Shown here one piece after another: positions 1-8,887 of a stretch of DNA of 64,000 nucleotides. This stretch comes from Rhodothermales bacterium (GTDB lineage Bacteria; Bacteroidota; Rhodothermia; Rhodothermales; BA12): NCBI GenBank assembly GCA_963793245.1, contig CAWBZG010000005.1:569050-633049 (forward strand), read 5' to 3'. Both the position numbers and the translations under genes were made by a program. Under the pieces are notes generated by a model. The model saw only the letters and a program-made list of their open reading frames with translations. It did no database searches and had not been told where the DNA came from. The stretch's first letter is position 1. Every line of letters starts with the position of its first letter.

Positions 1-10
1 GCAACACGTC

Positions 11-1510
11 TTGGGCGACGGCGGACGCCTTTACTACAAAGTATGTGTAGCTCAAGGCGACAATGGACGCGCCGGTGCGACGGTCAATCTGCCGACCCAG
101 CCGCAGCACCCGACCGACCATCCGCAGCAGCGCCCGGCTCGACCGCAGGATCATCAACTGCCCCGACATACCAGCCAGCAGCCACCGCATTTCTCGGCGC
201 CCCAGGACAACCTGCACTCCTCGCCGCCTCCTCAGCAGCATCGCCCTCCCGCTCCCAGACCTGGGTACGATCAGCACCAGCGTCCGTATTCGGACGTCCC
301 AGGCCAGCCACGCCCCGGCCCGGCCCGACCTGTCGGCAGACCGCAGCGCTCGTACGGCGCTCAGCCCCAACGTCCGCTCGGCGATGCGCCCGTCGGTGGC
401 GAGACACCGCGCCTGCGTCGCAAACCCGCGCCGCCAGCGACGCCGTTCGCACTACCCGGCATCGAGCGCCATCGCCTCGAACCCAACCTCAACCCACGCT
501 ACCAACTCGACCGCTTCGTCGGCGGCGACAGCAACGCGGTCGCTCTGTCGACGGCTCAGGCCATCGCCGACAAACCGGGCAACACGTCGTTCAACCCGCT
601 CCTGCTCTACGGCGGCGTCGGGCTGGGCAAGACGCACCTGATGCAGGCCATCGGCAACCACATCTTGCAGACGCGCCCTGAACTCGTCGTGCGCTACATC
701 ACGAGCGACGACTTCACCAACGAGTTCGTCGCCGCCATCCGCGAGAACAAAGGCAACGAGTTCTCGATGACGTATCGCTCGGTCGACGTGCTGCTCGTGG
801 ACGACGTGCAGTTCCTGGCGACGCGCGAGAAGACCCAGGACGAGTTCTTTCACCTGTTCAACAAGCTCTATCAGGACGGCAAGCAGATCGTGCTCACGTC
901 CGATCAGGCACCGCGCGAAGTCAAAGGCGTCGAGCAGCGCTTGGTATCGCGGTTTGCGTGGGGCGTCGTGCTTGAGGTACGTCCGCCCGGCTTCGAGACG
1001 CGCATGGCGATTTTGCAGCGCAAGGCCGAGGACGAAGGGCTAGACGTGTCGCCCGAGATCATCGAGTTCATCGCACACAACATCACCAGCAACGTCCGCG
1101 AGTTGGAAGGCGCCATGATTCGCCTGCTCGCCAGAGCCGGTAGTGTCGGCCAGGAGTTGACGTTACCGATGGCAAAGGAAGCCTTGCGCGACCTGATCCA
1201 GAACGCGCCAACGCACCTCACAATCGACGAGATCATGCAGGTCGTCAGCGAGGAGACGGGCGTATCGGTCGAGCAGATGTGCCACAAAACGCGCCGAAGC
1301 GATCCCGTCCGCGCCCGCCAGCTTGCGATGCACCTGTGCAAGAAGTACACGTCGCACAGCCTGAAGAAAATCGGCGTCCACTTCGGCGGGCGCGACCACT
1401 CGACGGTCATCCACGCGCTCCGCAAAGTCGAAGACACTGCAGACGTAGACCCCGACTACCGCGCCACGCTCGACGCGCTCGAACGCAAGGTCGAACTGCG
1501 CCGCCGCTAG
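11..1510 (+). CDS. dnaA: Chromosomal replication initiator DnaA. The AAA+ and domain IV region is clear and is preceded by a ~150-aa Pro/Gln/His-rich linker. The frame is open back to position 2, so the gene may start upstream of the window.
   Basis: Walker A LLYGGVGLGKTHL, box VII/sensor motifs, and a C-terminal DnaA signature (HSLKKIGVHFGGRDHSTVIHA). Confidence 0.93.
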   Translation: MGDGGRLYYKVCVAQGDNGRAGATVNLPTQPQHPTDHPQQRPARPQDHQLPRHTSQQPPHFSAPQDNLHSSPPPQQHRPPAPRPGYDQHQRPYSDVPGQPRPGPARPVGRPQRSYGAQPQRPLGDAPVGGETPRLRRKPAPPATPFALPGIERHRLEPNLNPRYQLDRFVGGDSNAVALSTAQAIADKPGNTSFNPLLLYGGVGLGKTHLMQAIGNHILQTRPELVVRYITSDDFTNEFVAAIRENKGNEFSMTYRSVDVLLVDDVQFLATREKTQDEFFHLFNKLYQDGKQIVLTSDQAPREVKGVEQRLVSRFAWGVVLEVRPPGFETRMAILQRKAEDEGLDVSPEIIEFIAHNITSNVRELEGAMIRLLARAGSVGQELTLPMAKEALRDLIQNAPTHLTIDEIMQVVSEETGVSVEQMCHKTRRSDPVRARQLAMHLCKKYTSHSLKKIGVHFGGRDHSTVIHALRKVEDTADVDPDYRATLDALERKVELRRR

Positions 1511-1732
1511 GCCTCGGTTAGCCGGTTAGGATGAGTGCGTTTCACATCTCTCGCCCTTAACTACTTCTCAAGCCACATCTCGTCCCAGACTCCCCGTTGC
1601 CTGAGTCAATCGACAGACGGTTAAGAACTCATCGTTGTTAGGCTCTGGGATTCCTATCCTCCGAAACCCCGAGCGCCGCTCATTCGTCGTTACCGACACC
1701 GCTTTCTTCTCGCCGCCGCACCCCGCCCGCTC

Positions 1733-2857
1733 ATGACCTTCTCCGCTTCCAGCGCCGACCTGCTGCGCGCGCTCACGACCGTCGGCGGTGCGCTTTCGGG
1801 CAAGCCGACGATGCCGATCCTCGAATCGATTCTGTTCGAGCGTGACGAAAACAACCTGCGTCTGAGCGCTACCGACCTGGAGATTTCCATCGTCCAGTCG
1901 ATTCCGGTAGATTTCGATGGCGACGAAGGACCGGCACGGATCGCGGTCCCCGCTCGCCGGCTGCTCGACACGCTGCGTGCGCTACCCGATCTGCCGATCA
2001 CGTTTGCCGTCGCCCAAGACTTCGGCGTGACGATTCGGACCGATCAGGGCCGCTACAAAATGGCCGGATTCGACGGTGGCGATTATCCCGAGATTCCGCG
2101 CGTCGAGGGCGAGACAAGCGTGCAGACGCAGGGCGAGTTGATCAAGCGCGCCATCCAGAAGGCTAGCTTCGCCGTCAGCAAGGACGCGCTGCGGCCCGCG
2201 ATGATGGGCATCTACTTCCAGATCGGAGCCGACGGTGGAAAAGCCGTCGCCACGGACGGGCACCGCTTGGTCCGCCTCAACATGGAAGAGTTGACCGCCG
2301 ATGAGCAAACCGACTTCATCGTCCCAGAAAAGGCGCTCAGCCTGACCGCCCGCGTCGCCAGCGACGGTCCCTGCACGCTGAGCGTGTCGGGCGGATACGT
2401 CGGCTTCACGTTCGAGAACGCCCGCGTCGTCGCGCGCATGATCGAGGAGTCGTATCCCAACTACCAGGCCGTCATCCCGATGGAGAACGACCGCACTGCG
2501 ACGGTCAACCGCCAAAGCCTGCTCGCCGCCGTCAAGCGCGTCGGCCTCTACGCCTCGGCCACACTCAAGCAGCTTCGCCTGACGCTGACGACCGACCAAA
2601 TCCAAGTCGCCGCAGAAGACGTCGACCGTTCGAGCGAAGCCAAAGAAACCGTCTTGGCCGACTTCTCGGGCGAGGAGATGACGATCGGCTTCAACGCCGA
2701 CTACCTGACCGAAGTCCTGAGCAACGTCGACGCCGAGGACGTGGTGATCGCGCTTTCGTCGCCCAATCGCGCGGCCATCGTGACGCCGGGCGAGCAGCAC
2801 GCGGGCGAAGATCTGCTGATGCTGATCATGCCGGTCATGCTCAACACGTACGCCTGA
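1733..2857 (+). CDS. dnaN: DNA polymerase III beta sliding clamp
   Basis: 374 aa, located immediately after dnaA, with typical DnaN length and organisation. Confidence 0.9.
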   Translation: MTFSASSADLLRALTTVGGALSGKPTMPILESILFERDENNLRLSATDLEISIVQSIPVDFDGDEGPARIAVPARRLLDTLRALPDLPITFAVAQDFGVTIRTDQGRYKMAGFDGGDYPEIPRVEGETSVQTQGELIKRAIQKASFAVSKDALRPAMMGIYFQIGADGGKAVATDGHRLVRLNMEELTADEQTDFIVPEKALSLTARVASDGPCTLSVSGGYVGFTFENARVVARMIEESYPNYQAVIPMENDRTATVNRQSLLAAVKRVGLYASATLKQLRLTLTTDQIQVAAEDVDRSSEAKETVLADFSGEEMTIGFNADYLTEVLSNVDAEDVVIALSSPNRAAIVTPGEQHAGEDLLMLIMPVMLNTYA

Positions 2858-2879
2858 GCTACCCACTCTAACCTGTTCC

Positions 2880-2918
2880 AAACGGGAGAGTCGACGCGGT
2901 TCGGCTCTCCCGTTTTTC
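2880..2918 (+). terminator. Rho-independent terminator after dnaN
   Basis: Perfect 11-bp stem AAACGGGAGAG/CTCTCCCGTTT with a 14-nt loop, followed by TTTTT. Confidence 0.6.
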
Positions 2919-3089
2919 GTTGATGCAATGAGAGATAGTGGATGACAGGAGTGCGCACGGCTTTCCGAAACGGTGAGAGTGGTAGGCGGAAAGAATGTCC
3001 GTTCGGCGATGCCGGATCAGCGTCAGGGGCGGCTCAGAGGCTTGGCACGGACCTCGCCTATCGACGGGTAGCCCATCGTGCTGCCCCCT

Positions 3090-4454
3090 ATGAACGTCAA
3101 AACCATCACCGGCCCTTCCATCGCATCGGCGCTCAACGAGGCGCGGGCGCTGTATGGCGATCAGGTCGTCCTGCTCGAATCGAACGGACCTTCGGGCGAC
3201 CGTCCAGCACGCATCTCCGTGCTCGCGGATCGCGCCGTTGCCGAGCGGCCTGTTGCTCACGTAGAAACGGCGGCGTCCCCCTATGGACGCGCACGCATCG
3301 ACCTGACGGCGGACGATGGCCGCGGCGACAGTGGCGATGGTGCAGATCTCCGCCGCGCGCTCGAAACGCTGCGTGCACGAGCCGGAGCGCCCGATATGGA
3401 GCAACCACTGCGTGCGTTGCCTGCCCGCAACACTCCGTCTCCGCGTCGCGAATCGGTGCAACCCCAAACGCCAGGACGCGGACGATTACACGCACCGATT
3501 GGCGCTCGCCCGGAGCGAACTCACGTTGCCGTCGCCGCGCCTGCTGCTGTCGAAACGATTACGACAGACGCCATCGCCCAGGCTCTGGAAACCCACTTAG
3601 CGCCGCTACTCGACCGAATCGCCGGGCTGGAACGTCGGTTGCATGGGGCCGCTATCGGAGCCGCTCATGCGTTTGCGGCGCATCCGCTGTATGCCGGACT
3701 GCTGAGCCAGGGAATGCGGCCCCAGACGGCGATGTCGCTGTTCAACGGACTGGCCGACAAAGGCTTCTCGTCGGACACTCCCGAGACCGACTTGCGCTGG
3801 GCGCTGGCCCAAGAACTGCGCAAGCGACTGGAGCCGACGACGCCGTCGCGCGCTGTTGGGACTCAGGTGTTCTGCGGGCCGAGCGGCAGCGGCAAGACCT
3901 CGCTGATCCTCAAACTGGCGCTCCACTCCAGCTTCTACGGTCGCCGGTCGACCGGCATTCTGGTCGTCCTGCCCGAAGACGATGCGGCCCAGGCGTTCCA
4001 CAACCCCATCGACGTGTATCGGCGGCATGGGCTGGCGGTTCAGAGCGTCCAGCATCCGAGCGAGATGCCCGACGCGCTCGACCGGATGCGTGCGTTCGAC
4101 CAGATCCTGATCGACACGCCGCCGCTGCCGCGCAAGCACGATGCGATGGCCGGGCACCTGCGCAGACTCAAAGGTCTCATCGACCCGATCATGCCGTTGC
4201 AGGTGACGTTCGTCTACTCGGCAGCCGACGCGCTCGATGGTGTGCGTGAGCGCCTGTTCGACGGGTTGCCGCTGACGCCTGACGCCGTCGCCCTGACGCA
4301 CCTGGACGAGACGACCGGCTGGGGCAGACTCGCCGACTGGCTGCTCGCGCTCGAACGCCCCGTCCCCTACGTCAGCTGCGGCCCGCGCACGCCGGACGAT
4401 CTCTATGGCTACTCGCCGACGTGGTTCGTCGAGGAGATGATGCAACTCCGATGA
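3090..4454 (+). CDS. flhF: FlhF-like SRP-type GTPase (flagellar placement/number regulator). The G3 motif is degenerate.
   Basis: P-loop GPSGSGKTS, a THLDETT motif, and a C-terminus PVPYVSCGPRTPDDL resembling the FlhF/FtsY NG domain. DTPPL replaces DTAGR. Confidence 0.65.
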   Translation: MNVKTITGPSIASALNEARALYGDQVVLLESNGPSGDRPARISVLADRAVAERPVAHVETAASPYGRARIDLTADDGRGDSGDGADLRRALETLRARAGAPDMEQPLRALPARNTPSPRRESVQPQTPGRGRLHAPIGARPERTHVAVAAPAAVETITTDAIAQALETHLAPLLDRIAGLERRLHGAAIGAAHAFAAHPLYAGLLSQGMRPQTAMSLFNGLADKGFSSDTPETDLRWALAQELRKRLEPTTPSRAVGTQVFCGPSGSGKTSLILKLALHSSFYGRRSTGILVVLPEDDAAQAFHNPIDVYRRHGLAVQSVQHPSEMPDALDRMRAFDQILIDTPPLPRKHDAMAGHLRRLKGLIDPIMPLQVTFVYSAADALDGVRERLFDGLPLTPDAVALTHLDETTGWGRLADWLLALERPVPYVSCGPRTPDDLYGYSPTWFVEEMMQLR

Positions 4455-5242
4455 CCGATTACTCACCCGCTCCCGCCACCGTCATCGCGCTCGTTTCGGG
4501 CAAGGGCGGCGTCGGCAAAAGCGTCGTCACCGCCAACCTCGCGCACACGCTCGCGCAGGGAGGCGCACGCACCGCCGTCGTCGACGCCGACGCCGGGCAG
4601 GGCGCCCAAGGCATCCTGTTCAACCACACGCCTGCGGGCGACGTGCTCGAATGGTCCGAAGGTCGCGCCCACGCCGAGGACGTAACGCAACGCACGCCGG
4701 GCGGCGTCACGCTCGTCCAGGCCGCCAGCCACGCCATCGCCGACGTTCCGCAGTCGCTGTACGACGGACTGGACGACGCACTCGGAGCGCTCAAATCGTC
4801 GCACGACTTCGTCCTGATCGACGCGCCTGCTGGGACCGATGGATTGGTCCGCTGGGCGCTCGACCGCGCCGACCTCGGCGTGCTGGTCGTCGTCGGTGAG
4901 CCGACCGCCATCGCCGACGCGTACCGACTGGCCCGGCTCGTGTGGACGCTCGACCCCGGCTATCCGATGGGCCAGATCGTCACGTTCGCCGACGACGCCG
5001 CCGATGCCGAGAGCGTCGCCGAGCGCTTCGCCCAGGTCACGACCGACCTGATCGGCCAGGCGCCTGCCTACCTGGGCTACGTGCCCTTCGCGCAATCCAT
5101 CCGGCGATCCGTGCGCGAGCAGCGACTGGCCGTCACGAGCGACGCCCGCATCGGGACCGCCTTCGCCCTACTCGCCGCCGTCCTCCAGGCCGGACGCACG
5201 CCCGCTTCCATGGCCCCCGACCTGACACGCGGCTCCAACTGA
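4451..5242 (+). CDS. flhG: MinD/ParA-family ATPase FlhG (FleN)
   Basis: Deviant Walker A SGKGGVGKS, and an ATGA start/stop overlap with flhF. Confidence 0.7.
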   Translation: MTDYSPAPATVIALVSGKGGVGKSVVTANLAHTLAQGGARTAVVDADAGQGAQGILFNHTPAGDVLEWSEGRAHAEDVTQRTPGGVTLVQAASHAIADVPQSLYDGLDDALGALKSSHDFVLIDAPAGTDGLVRWALDRADLGVLVVVGEPTAIADAYRLARLVWTLDPGYPMGQIVTFADDAADAESVAERFAQVTTDLIGQAPAYLGYVPFAQSIRRSVREQRLAVTSDARIGTAFALLAAVLQAGRTPASMAPDLTRGSN

Positions 5243-5258
5243 TCTCCTACTCTCCATC

Positions 5259-5639
5259 ATGTCCCAAACTGCTACCAAAACGCTCGAAGCGCCGACGCTT
5301 TCGCCTGTCATTCCAGCCCTGATCGCTCAGATCAGCCTGACCGTCGCCCTGCTGCTGTTCATTCGCGACCTGTGGATGCTCGCCCCGCTGGATCACGCGC
5401 TGATGACGGCAGGTGGAGTCGGCACCTTGCTCTACGCGGCGCTGATGGGTGCCTACGTAGTCGCCAAACGCGCGATGATTCACACGCCGCCTACGGAAAA
5501 GAAAGCGTCAGCCGACGCTCTAGAGACTGCGTCTGCCCCTGCCACCGCAGCAAAACCAGGCCAACCGACCCCATCCCGTGAGCCAGTCGCCCACGCATCC
5601 GCGCCTGCCGCGTTACCCGCGCCTCCGGTTCCTGCCTAA
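5259..5639 (+). CDS. Small membrane protein, hypothetical (2 TM helices, Ala/Pro-rich tail)
   Basis: ORF lying between flhG and fliA with hydrophobic segments and GC3-rich codons. Confidence 0.45.
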   Translation: MSQTATKTLEAPTLSPVIPALIAQISLTVALLLFIRDLWMLAPLDHALMTAGGVGTLLYAALMGAYVVAKRAMIHTPPTEKKASADALETASAPATAAKPGQPTPSREPVAHASAPAALPAPPVPA

Positions 5640-5673
5640 TTGCCGCCGCGCGATCCGATAGCCCCGACCGACC

Positions 5674-6441
5674 ATGCAACTCGTCACCCCGCCTACGCTC
5701 CAAGAGCGCGTCGAGACCTACCTCTCCGACCCGACCGACGCCCACCGCGAAGCCGTCGTGCTCCACGGCGTCCGGCTGGTGCGCTCGCTCGTCGGTCGCG
5801 TATCGCTGCCGGACTCGCCGCTCGCCACGCGCGACGACTTGGAAGGCGCTGCCTTGGTCGGCCTGATCCAGGCGCTCGACAGCTACGACCCCGAAAAGGC
5901 GAAGTTTTCGACGCACGCGCATCGCCGCATCCAAGGCGCCATTATCGACTATTTGCGCGAGATCGACCCGCTCTCGCGTGGCAAGCGGCAAAAGATGGCG
6001 CACGCTCAGCACGCCTACGCGACGTTGCAGCAGATGCTCGGCGACGAGCCGACCGACGAGGACGTTGCCGACTTCATGGGCCTGTCGCTCGACGAGTACC
6101 ACACCGTTTTGGGCGACGCGCAGGTGCGGTTCACGCTCTCGTACGACGCCCCGCTCGACGAAGAGAGCGGCATGACGCGCGGCGAAACGCTAGCCGACGA
6201 CGGCGCGCAGCAGGGCTTCGAGGCGTTCGAGGATGCGATGTCGATGGAGGCGCTGGGCGAGATTATCCGCCACCTGCCCAAGCGCGAACGCGACATCATC
6301 GCGCTCTACTACTACGAAAACCTGACGCTGCGCGAGATCGGTGGCATCATCGGCTTGACCGAAGCCCGCATCTCGCAGATCCTGGGCAAAACGCTGCTGG
6401 GACTACGCGGGAGCCTCACGCACGTGCGAATGGCGGCGTAA
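5674..6441 (+). CDS. fliA: Flagellar/alternative sigma factor FliA (sigma-28, sigma-70 family)
   Basis: Sigma-70 region 2 (LIQALDSYDPEKAKFSTHAHRRIQGAI) and region 4.2 (LTLREIGGIIGLTEARISQI). Located downstream of flhF/flhG. Confidence 0.75.
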   Translation: MQLVTPPTLQERVETYLSDPTDAHREAVVLHGVRLVRSLVGRVSLPDSPLATRDDLEGAALVGLIQALDSYDPEKAKFSTHAHRRIQGAIIDYLREIDPLSRGKRQKMAHAQHAYATLQQMLGDEPTDEDVADFMGLSLDEYHTVLGDAQVRFTLSYDAPLDEESGMTRGETLADDGAQQGFEAFEDAMSMEALGEIIRHLPKRERDIIALYYYENLTLREIGGIIGLTEARISQILGKTLLGLRGSLTHVRMAA

Positions 6442-6877
6442 TCCGAGCCGATGGCTGCGGTGCGCCCGGCGGCAAGGATTCTCCGACCGGCACTTCGTTG
6501 GCGATCTCGACCAGGTTTCCGTCGGGATCGTTCAGGTAGATCGACCACAAACGCGACCGCGCGCCGACGCGCCAGACCGGGCCGAGCACGATCTCGACGC
6601 CCTGCCGCCGAACGTGGCGCTCGACCTCGACGAGCGGAAGGCTAGCACGCAGGCAGAAATCCGCTGCTCCGCGTGTGGGACGCTCGGCGTGCGGCCCGAC
6701 GACGGCGTCCGACGGTTGCAGGTTGATCTTCTGCCCGCCGATCAGCAGCGCGTGCCGCGTCTCCCCTGCTGCGCCCTCGAACGACACCGACTGGCACTTC
6801 AAAACGCGCGTATAGAAGTCGATGGACGCCTGGACGTCGCGGACGGTGAGGACGAGGTGGTCGATGGCGTCGAGCAT
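6416..6877 (-). CDS. Glyoxalase/bleomycin-resistance (VOC) family protein
   Basis: DHLVLTVRDVQASIDFYTRVL ... DPDGNLVEI motifs. Converges on fliA with a 26-nt 3' overlap. Start could alternatively be 6931. Confidence 0.65.
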   Translation of the reverse strand: MLDAIDHLVLTVRDVQASIDFYTRVLKCQSVSFEGAAGETRHALLIGGQKINLQPSDAVVGPHAERPTRGAADFCLRASLPLVEVERHVRRQGVEIVLGPVWRVGARSRLWSIYLNDPDGNLVEIANEVPVGESLPPGAPQPSARITPPFARA

Positions 6878-6994
6878 GGGCAAACCGGTTTGGGCAGCGC
6901 GCAAGCTACCGACTCGTTGCGCGCGTGTCACCGTTGCGCTCGGTCCGACGCTACGCAGGGCGGTTACAACGGTCTCTCTCCACTACATCTACCC

Positions 6995-7261
6995 ATGTCT
7001 TTTCTCTCTACCGAACACCGCTGGGACCTTCTCAGCGCCGGAGCTGCCGCGCTCGCTGCCTTCGCTACTCGCAAAATCGTCGCAGGCCTGTGGTCCGCCA
7101 CGACGGGCGAGGACCCGCCCCGCAATCCCGAGTCGCCGCATACGGCATGGAGCGAAGCGCTCACCTGGACCCTCGCGACGAGCCTGGTAGCCGGAGCCGC
7201 AGGCCTAGCCGCGCGGCGCGCAGCAGCCAAACACCGTCCGGGGCTACCGGCGTCGGGCTGA
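6995..7261 (+). CDS. Small membrane protein (DUF4235-like)
   Basis: 88-aa ORF with two hydrophobic segments and a WSATTGEDPP-type motif. The upstream part of the long 6614..7261 ORF is antisense to the VOC gene and was discarded. Confidence 0.4.
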   Translation: MSFLSTEHRWDLLSAGAAALAAFATRKIVAGLWSATTGEDPPRNPESPHTAWSEALTWTLATSLVAGAAGLAARRAAAKHRPGLPASG

Positions 7262-7320
7262 ACGACCTCCATCCAAACGAAAAGCCCGACGACTCCATGC
7301 GAGCGTCGGGCTTTTCGGTG

Positions 7321-7405
7321 CGGAGAGGGTGGGATTCGAACCCACGGACCCTTGCAGGTCGTCGGTTTTCAAGACCGGTGCATTCGACCACTCTGCCACC
7401 TCTCC
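7321..7405 (-). tRNA. tRNA-Ser (anticodon UGA), type II with a long variable arm
   Basis: Cloverleaf folded by hand: 7-bp acceptor GGAGAGG/CCTCTCC, anticodon loop CUUGAAA, T-arm GTGGGTTCGAATCCCAC. CCA is not encoded. Confidence 0.85.
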
Positions 7406-7454
7406 GATTTGGTCGCACGCAAACTACGGACGAAGCTGCGACGCGTCCACCTAC

Positions 7455-8762
7455 TCACGCGTAGATGCCGCGCAGTTTGAGCGACAGGTTGACCTTCTCG
7501 ATGGCGAGCACGTAGGCCGCGATGCGCGGTGTGATGGCTCGGGCATCCGCTATGTCCATCACCCGGTCGAACGCGTCGGTCATAATGCGTTCGAGCCGCT
7601 CGTCGACCATTTCGGGCGTCCAGAAGTAGCCCATCCGGTCTTGGACCCACTCGAAGTAGCTGACGGTCACGCCGCCCGCATTGGCAAGGATGTCGGGGAT
7701 GACGAGCGTGCCGTTGTCGTGCAGAATCGCGTCGGCGGTTGTGGTGGTGGGACCGTTGGCGCCTTCGACGACGATGCGCGCCTTGATCTCGGCGGCGTTG
7801 CGGCTGGTGATCTGCTCTTCCTTGGCGGCAGGCACGAGCACGTCTACGTCGAGCGTCAGCAGTTCGGCGTTCGTGACCGCGTCGGCGTGTGGGTAGCCCG
7901 TGATCAGGTTGCCGTTCTCGGCTGCGTAGCGCAGCAGGTCGGCGAGGTCTAGTCCGCCGGGGTTGTAGATGCCGCCTCCCATGTCGCTCACGGCGACGAC
8001 GGTGCAGCCTTTCTCGGCCAGCAATTCGGCAGCGACTGATCCGACGTTGCCGAACCCCTGGACGGCTACCGTCGCCCCTTCGGGCGTCATGCCCAGCCGC
8101 TTCATCGCCCGTAGCGCGCACGTCATCACGCCCCTGCCCGTCGCCTCGCGCCTGCCGACCGATCCGCCCAAGCCGACGGGTTTTCCGGTCACGACGGCGT
8201 ACTCGGTCTTGCGCGCGTGCATCGAGTAGGTGTCGAGTATCCACGCCATCGTCTGGGCGTTGGTGTTCATGTCGGGCGCCGGGATGTCGCGGTCCGGCCC
8301 GAACACGTCGATCAGGTTGGCCGTGTAGCGCCGCGTCATCCGCTCGATCTCGCCCAGCGACATCGCCGCCACGTCGCACCGGATGCCGCCCTTGGCTCCG
8401 CCGAACGGCACATCGACGACGGCGCACTTCCACGTCATCCACGCCGCGAGCGCTTTGACCTCGTCGAGCGTCACGTCGGGCGCGTAGCGGATACCGCCTT
8501 TGCTCGGTCCGGACGTGGTGTTGTGGATCACGCGGACGCCCTCGAAGACTTCGAGCCGTCCGTCGTCCATCATGACCGGCACGCTGGTGATGTGGACGTG
8601 CGCGGGTGTGCAGAGGTAGCGGTAGGTGCCGTCGTCGAGTCCCAGGATGCCTGCCGCCACGTCGAAGCGGTCCATCATGGCCTGAAACGGGTTATCGGGT
8701 TCTACGATGCGGCCTGGAGCGCCAAAGAGGGAGGTGTCGTAGATGTTGCGGTTTTGGGGCAT
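7455..8762 (-). CDS. gdhA: NAD(P)-dependent glutamate dehydrogenase
   Basis: Glu/Leu/Phe/Val dehydrogenase signature GGAKGGIRCD, 435 aa. Confidence 0.9.
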   Translation of the reverse strand: MPQNRNIYDTSLFGAPGRIVEPDNPFQAMMDRFDVAAGILGLDDGTYRYLCTPAHVHITSVPVMMDDGRLEVFEGVRVIHNTTSGPSKGGIRYAPDVTLDEVKALAAWMTWKCAVVDVPFGGAKGGIRCDVAAMSLGEIERMTRRYTANLIDVFGPDRDIPAPDMNTNAQTMAWILDTYSMHARKTEYAVVTGKPVGLGGSVGRREATGRGVMTCALRAMKRLGMTPEGATVAVQGFGNVGSVAAELLAEKGCTVVAVSDMGGGIYNPGGLDLADLLRYAAENGNLITGYPHADAVTNAELLTLDVDVLVPAAKEEQITSRNAAEIKARIVVEGANGPTTTTADAILHDNGTLVIPDILANAGGVTVSYFEWVQDRMGYFWTPEMVDERLERIMTDAFDRVMDIADARAITPRIAAYVLAIEKVNLSLKLRGIYA

Positions 8763-8887
8763 GCGTGCAGGAGCGATTTCGGTGGAGCCAAGCTAGGGAG
8801 ATGGCGACGCGTCGGCTCGCTCCGAGTATGGAGTAAGGGCGATTCGTGAACCGCCTTTACGTCTCACGTCATCTGCCGCTTGTTGCC

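Noticed and set aside
63-681. Alternative-frame ORFs inside dnaA
   Set aside because: They are Ser/Arg/Pro-rich overlaps, and the DnaA frame continues into the AAA+ domain.
1511-1732. dnaA–dnaN spacer as a possible oriC or DnaA-box cluster
   Set aside because: No convincing TTATCCACA-like boxes were found by eye (only TCCTATCCT). In many bacteria the origin lies upstream of dnaA, outside this window.
2942-4466. Long ORFs (435 aa + strand; 286 aa − strand) overlapping flhF
   Set aside because: They are Arg/Ala-rich with no motifs, and they lie antisense or out of frame relative to a gene with clear GTPase motifs. These are typical high-GC spurious ORFs.
7369-8442. 357-aa Arg-rich ORF on the minus strand
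   Set aside because: It lies in an alternative frame of gdhA, which has unmistakable GDH motifs. The composition (R, D, G runs) is typical of GC-rich out-of-frame translation.
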